Source of the DNA: Anaerolineae bacterium
GTDB taxonomy: Bacteria; Chloroflexota; Anaerolineae; Epilineales; Epilineaceae
Assembly (NCBI GenBank): GCA_034432155.1
Contig: DAOUCP010000043.1
Coordinates: 4,878 to 68,877, forward strand
DNA: 64,000 nucleotides
Direction: 5' to 3'
The position numbers were made by a program, and so were the translations under genes. The notes under the pieces are model-generated. The model was given only the letters and a program-made list of their open reading frames with translations, ran no database searches and was not told the origin of the DNA. The stretch's first letter is position 1, and each line of letters starts with the position of its first letter. Positions 60,553 to 64,000 of this stretch are shown one piece after another.

Positions 60553-63257
60553 CTGCCGTGGCCTTGAGCCTGTGGCTGGTCGTTGGCTTCCTGGTGGCGC
60601 TGCACCTGCTGCGAGCGTGGGATGTGTCGCCCAGTGAGCTCGCGACGCTGTCCGCCGGTCTTGGGATCGTTGGCCTGGTGGGCTCGGCGCTGCTCCGGGC
60701 TTTGCCGTCCCGCCTGGCTCTGCTGGCGGTGTTGGCTCTTCTGGCGCTCGTGCCGCTGGTGCTCTACGACTTCTACCGGGGTCTCGCGGCCTACCTGGCG
60801 TCGCGAGCCCAATCGCCGTCGGCAGTGTCTGATGCTCCCCCGCGGCGCGGCCAAGCGCTCGTCCGCATGGCCACGGTGGGCCTCGTGCTCTTCGCGGCCT
60901 TCTTTCGGCTGGCGCACCTGGGCTACAGCGAATTCCAGGGGGACGAGGCGCGAGCCATGTTGCTGGCCCGGGCACTGGTCGAGCGGCGAGACGCGAGCCT
61001 GCTCTTGTGGCATAAGAAGGGGCCGATCGAGGTCCTGCTGCCGGCTGCCGTTCTGCAGTTGGGCAATCCTGGTGAGGCCGCCGCTCGGCTGCCGTTTGCC
61101 TTCGCCGGCCTAGCGGCGGTGCTGGCCCTGGCCAGTCTGGGCCGGCGGATGTGGTCCGCGCGCGCCGGCTGGCTCGCCGGTCTGGTGCTGGCCATCGATG
61201 GCACCATGATCGCTTTCTCGCGGATCGTTCAGTACCAGAGCGTGGTAGTGCTGTTTGCCGTGCTGGCGATGTGGTGTGCCTGGCGCTTCCATCGCGGCGG
61301 CCCCCACGCCGGCCGCTACCTGCTTTTCGCGGGTCTCTTTCTGGGCTTGGGCACGTGGGCCCACTACGAAATGGTGCTGGCGTGGCCGCCCGTCGCCTGG
61401 CTGGCTTTCGCCGGCTGGCGCCACCAGGCCGGCTCGAGCCGTCGCGCGTTCTTGGGCCTGGCGTCAGCGGTGGCCCTGGCAGGTCTCGTGACGGCCGCCT
61501 TCTATGTGCCGTTCGTTCGCCATCCGCAATTCGCCGCCACCGGGAGCTACATCTGGGGCCGACGACTGGGAGGCGATCTGCCTTACAACCAGCTGAGCGA
61601 CTACCTCCAACGTGCCTCGTTCTACAATGCCAGCTACTACGTCGTGGCGGTGATGGGTACGCTGCTGGTGGCCCTTGGCTGCCAGCTGGCATGGCTCATC
61701 GCTGGCCGTGGGCGCAGCGAAGGTCTCCCCTCGGGGCGTGGGCGGAGTCACCAGGTTGCAGCCATGGGTTGGCTGTTGGCCGCGACCTGGATGGCCGCCG
61801 CGTTGGGCACGGTGGCTCGAGAAGCCTGGTTCGAGTACGCCGGCCGCTCGTGGGCCATCGTCGTTTATGCCTGCCCCCTGGCCGCCACCCTGTTGGCGTC
61901 ACGGCATTCCGTGGCCTGGCGCGCCACGCTGTTGTGGTTCGCTGGCCCTTTCTGCGCCGCTGCGTTCCTGGCTGCCAAGCCGCATACCCACTTCTACACC
62001 ATGATGCCGGCCGCGGCTCTGCTTTGCGGCTGGGCCTGGGACCGAGCCCTGGCCTGGCTGGAGGCTGAGCAGCGGCTTGGCGCGTTCCACGCCCGCGTTG
62101 GCGCGGGGCTCGTCGCCGGCGCCGGCCTTGGGCTGTTCACGGTGCACCAGTACGTGGTATTCGTGCGCCATGATCCGGAGTACAAGCGCGTCTACCCGCA
62201 GGCGCGGCTACCGATCTGGACGCCATTCGGGGACCAGCCGCCCCGTGGAGGCTACTTTGGGTTCCCGTACCGGGCAGGCTGGAATGCACTCCGCCGTCTG
62301 GGCGATCCGCTGGCCGCCGACTACGACTCCAATGAAGAACGGCTCGTGACCGGCTGGTACACGTGGGGCGCGGTTCGCTGTGCCGAGCGGCCGGCCCGCT
62401 ACTATCTCGCCTGGCGGCCGCAGGATGCCGAACCTGTGCCGCTGGATGTCATCCAGGCCGAGTACCGTCGGGCGGCGGTGGTGTGTGTGCGCGGCGCGGG
62501 CAAGCTAACCGCGTGGCAGCGGTCAGCCATGGCATCCGAGAGCGGGCCGGCCAAGCCCGATCTTCCTGACCTGTGGCTGGACGATCCGGCGCTGCCGGGC
62601 GGGCCCAGAGCCTGTGGATCTGCGGCGCCCGATGCCTGTCCCGAACCGGAAACGGCCTCGGGTTTCCGGGCGCCGCTCGCCTGTCCCGAGTCCTCTGGCA
62701 GCGCTTCGCGGGCGAGGGCTGTGGACGACTGGCGATCCCGATCCCTGGCGGTCATGCAGGCCCTGGAGCTGCCCCTGCCCCAAGTGGCCTACCGGGTGCA
62801 GCTGGCGGAAGGAATTGGACTCTGGGGCGCCGACTTCCCCGGCGCGCGGGCGGTCGAATGGGATGGCGGCCGGGTCTTGGTGCGCCTCCACCCGGGCGAC
62901 CAGCTCGGCGTCGTGTTGGTCTGGCGTGCCGCGGCGATCCCGCGGGCCAACTATTCCGTCTTCGTGCACTTGCAGCGCGCGGGGGTGGTGGTGGCGCAGC
63001 ATGATGGCTGGCCGGACTGTGGCCGCTCTCCGACGAGTACTTGGCAGAGCGGGCAGCTCGTCTTCGACGGCCACTTCTTGCGCGCCAAAGAAGCGGCCTC
63101 CGCCACGGGCGGCGAGGGAGGCTTCGCGGCGGGCGAATACAAGTTGCTGGCCGGGATCTACGAACCAGCCAGCGGCCGACGACTGGCGGTTGAGAGCGGG
63201 CCAGCATCGGGCTTGGGGGCCATCGAGCTGGCGACGGTAGCGGTGATGGAGCCGTGA
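60549..63257 (+). CDS. GT-C superfamily glycosyltransferase, PMT_2/ArnT-like (second tandem paralog)
   Basis: FFRLAHLGYSEFQGDEARAMLLARAL...; polytopic. The TTG start overlaps the upstream TGA. Confidence 0.7.
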   Translation: MTAVALSLWLVVGFLVALHLLRAWDVSPSELATLSAGLGIVGLVGSALLRALPSRLALLAVLALLALVPLVLYDFYRGLAAYLASRAQSPSAVSDAPPRRGQALVRMATVGLVLFAAFFRLAHLGYSEFQGDEARAMLLARALVERRDASLLLWHKKGPIEVLLPAAVLQLGNPGEAAARLPFAFAGLAAVLALASLGRRMWSARAGWLAGLVLAIDGTMIAFSRIVQYQSVVVLFAVLAMWCAWRFHRGGPHAGRYLLFAGLFLGLGTWAHYEMVLAWPPVAWLAFAGWRHQAGSSRRAFLGLASAVALAGLVTAAFYVPFVRHPQFAATGSYIWGRRLGGDLPYNQLSDYLQRASFYNASYYVVAVMGTLLVALGCQLAWLIAGRGRSEGLPSGRGRSHQVAAMGWLLAATWMAAALGTVAREAWFEYAGRSWAIVVYACPLAATLLASRHSVAWRATLLWFAGPFCAAAFLAAKPHTHFYTMMPAAALLCGWAWDRALAWLEAEQRLGAFHARVGAGLVAGAGLGLFTVHQYVVFVRHDPEYKRVYPQARLPIWTPFGDQPPRGGYFGFPYRAGWNALRRLGDPLAADYDSNEERLVTGWYTWGAVRCAERPARYYLAWRPQDAEPVPLDVIQAEYRRAAVVCVRGAGKLTAWQRSAMASESGPAKPDLPDLWLDDPALPGGPRACGSAAPDACPEPETASGFRAPLACPESSGSASRARAVDDWRSRSLAVMQALELPLPQVAYRVQLAEGIGLWGADFPGARAVEWDGGRVLVRLHPGDQLGVVLVWRAAAIPRANYSVFVHLQRAGVVVAQHDGWPDCGRSPTSTWQSGQLVFDGHFLRAKEAASATGGEGGFAAGEYKLLAGIYEPASGRRLAVESGPASGLGAIELATVAVMEP

Positions 63258-64000
63258 CGCGGCTGTCGGGGCGACTGTCGGGGCGGCTGTCAGGGCGGCT
63301 ACTAGGCCGGCTATCAGGGCGGCCGTCGGGACGGTTATCAGGGCGGCTATCAGGGCTGCTGTCAGGGCGACGATCGGGATGGCTGGCGGAGCTGGCGATC
63401 CTCGGTGCGTTGCTCATGCTGGCTGGCTGGCTGCGGCTCGATCGCTTGGATCGCTTCCTTGCCTCCGACGAGGTGCGCTGGACCTGCCGGGCCATCAATT
63501 TCCAGGGTGCGCTGCGCGAGCATCGTTGGGCCGACACGTTCCAGGTGGGCCATCCGGGCGTGCTCACGATGTGGCTGGGCGGTCTGGCGCTCTGGTCTCA
63601 GCCGCTTGGCGAGTGGCCGTCTGTCTGTCAGACGACGGGGGGAGGCAGTGATCTCTCACGGCTCGACGATGAACCGCTGGCCGGCGTGTTTCGAACGCTG
63701 CCGCCGCTCCTGTTTCGGGCGCGCCGTGGTGTGGCCGTGGCAACGGCGCTGCTGCTGCTTGGGATCTACTTGCTGTTGCGCGTGGGGCTCGGCTTGCCGG
63801 CAGTGGTTGCAGGTGGCGGCCTGTTCGTACTGGCGCTGGATCCGTTCCTCACGGCCCACAGCCGCGTGCTGCACCTGGATGCCCTGACGAGCTTGCTGGC
63901 GCTGGCCTCGTTCTTGGCCGCTCTCGGCGCGGCGGCGCAAGGTCGGCGGGCTTGGGTCATCTCCGGTGTCTTGGCCGGCCTGGCGCTGGCCAACAAGTCG
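63254..64000 (+). CDS. GT-C superfamily glycosyltransferase, PMT_2/ArnT-like (third paralog; partial, continues beyond window)
   Basis: The frame (absent from the track because it runs off the window end) encodes ...AELAILGALLMLAGWLRLDRLDRFLASDEVRWTCRAINFQGAL...VGHPGVLTMWLGGLALW... with a DE motif and TM segments. The start is either a GTG overlapping the upstream TGA (which would include the RLSG repeat) or the ATG at ~63416. Confidence 0.55.
   Translation, partial: MTRLSGRLSGRLSGRLLGRLSGRPSGRLSGRLSGLLSGRRSGWLAELAILGALLMLAGWLRLDRLDRFLASDEVRWTCRAINFQGALREHRWADTFQVGHPGVLTMWLGGLALWSQPLGEWPSVCQTTGGGSDLSRLDDEPLAGVFRTLPPLLFRARRGVAVATALLLLGIYLLLRVGLGLPAVVAGGGLFVLALDPFLTAHSRVLHLDALTSLLALASFLAALGAAAQGRRAWVISGVLAGLALANKS
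63258..63385 (+). repeat. 12-bp tandem repeat (TRTCRGGGCGRC)x~10, in-frame with downstream GT-C ORF as (RLSG)n
   Basis: Reads gtg acg cgg ctg tcg ggg cga ctg tcg ggg cgg ctg tca ggg... This translates RLSG RLSG RLSG RLLG RLSG RPSG RLSG RLSG LLSG RRSG with no stop before the GT-C membrane domain. Confidence 0.8.

Overview
This is a 64 kb, ~70% GC bacterial chromosomal segment with no transposase, integrase, CRISPR, rRNA or convincing tRNA. Stop codons are rare at this GC content, so the six-frame track is full of long antisense ORFs that I treat as artefacts. Real genes were picked by domain signatures, strand consistency, translational coupling and promoter/RBS context, and several starts are ambiguous.

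Genes in order:
- **Left end (minus strand):** a truncated O-antigen-ligase-like membrane gene, then two tandem OmpR-type response regulators (the second with a degenerate receiver) and a cytoplasmic histidine kinase. A 29-30 bp x4 direct-repeat array sits in their upstream region.
- **Next (all minus strand):** a membrane-anchored hypothetical, an HExxH zinc metallopeptidase, a lipoprotein and a secreted LTD+PLD(HKD) protein.
- **About 640 bp non-coding with 3x35 bp repeats.** It precedes a sigma-54 activator (receiver-AAA+-HTH) translationally coupled to rpoN, which carries a CxxC..CxxC insertion.
- **ndk, then a 40-bp-phased 4x TGATCT(G/T)CGTGC array.** A near-consensus sigma-70 promoter follows, driving a secreted cohesin-like/Pro-rich/3xLysM protein. 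A perfect 15-bp hairpin separates it from hutU.
- **Cobalamin riboswitch** with an attenuator terminator, controlling a three-gene ECF-type transporter operon (DUF4430-like protein, fused S+T membrane protein, fused A-A' ATPase).
- **Large S8 subtilase** (1192 aa).
- **Housekeeping run:** GT4, lipoprotein, recR-ybaB-dnaX, triple-vWA secreted protein, ddl, and a TrkA-C/SLC13-type permease.
- **Plus-strand glycan island of about 24 kb:** Wzx-like flippase, CsaB-like pyruvyl transferase, a 42 bp x4 tandem repeat, GT4, Gly-rich/vWA secreted protein, rmd-like, gmd, PMM/PGM, TatD, polyprenyl synthase, GT2, GT4, and a single ORF joining exonuclease III to full-length DNA polymerase I. It ends in three consecutive GT-C (PMT_2/ArnT-like) glycosyltransferases, the last preceded by an in-frame (RLSG)~10 repeat.

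Most worth a second look:
- the Xth-PolA apparent fusion;
- the polyprenyl-phosphate/GT-C glycosylation island;
- the coupled EBP-rpoN pair;
- several phased repeat arrays and shared promoter motifs (GGCACGGCTATAAT and TA[CG]AATGGGC[GC]);
- the riboswitch-controlled ECF operon.
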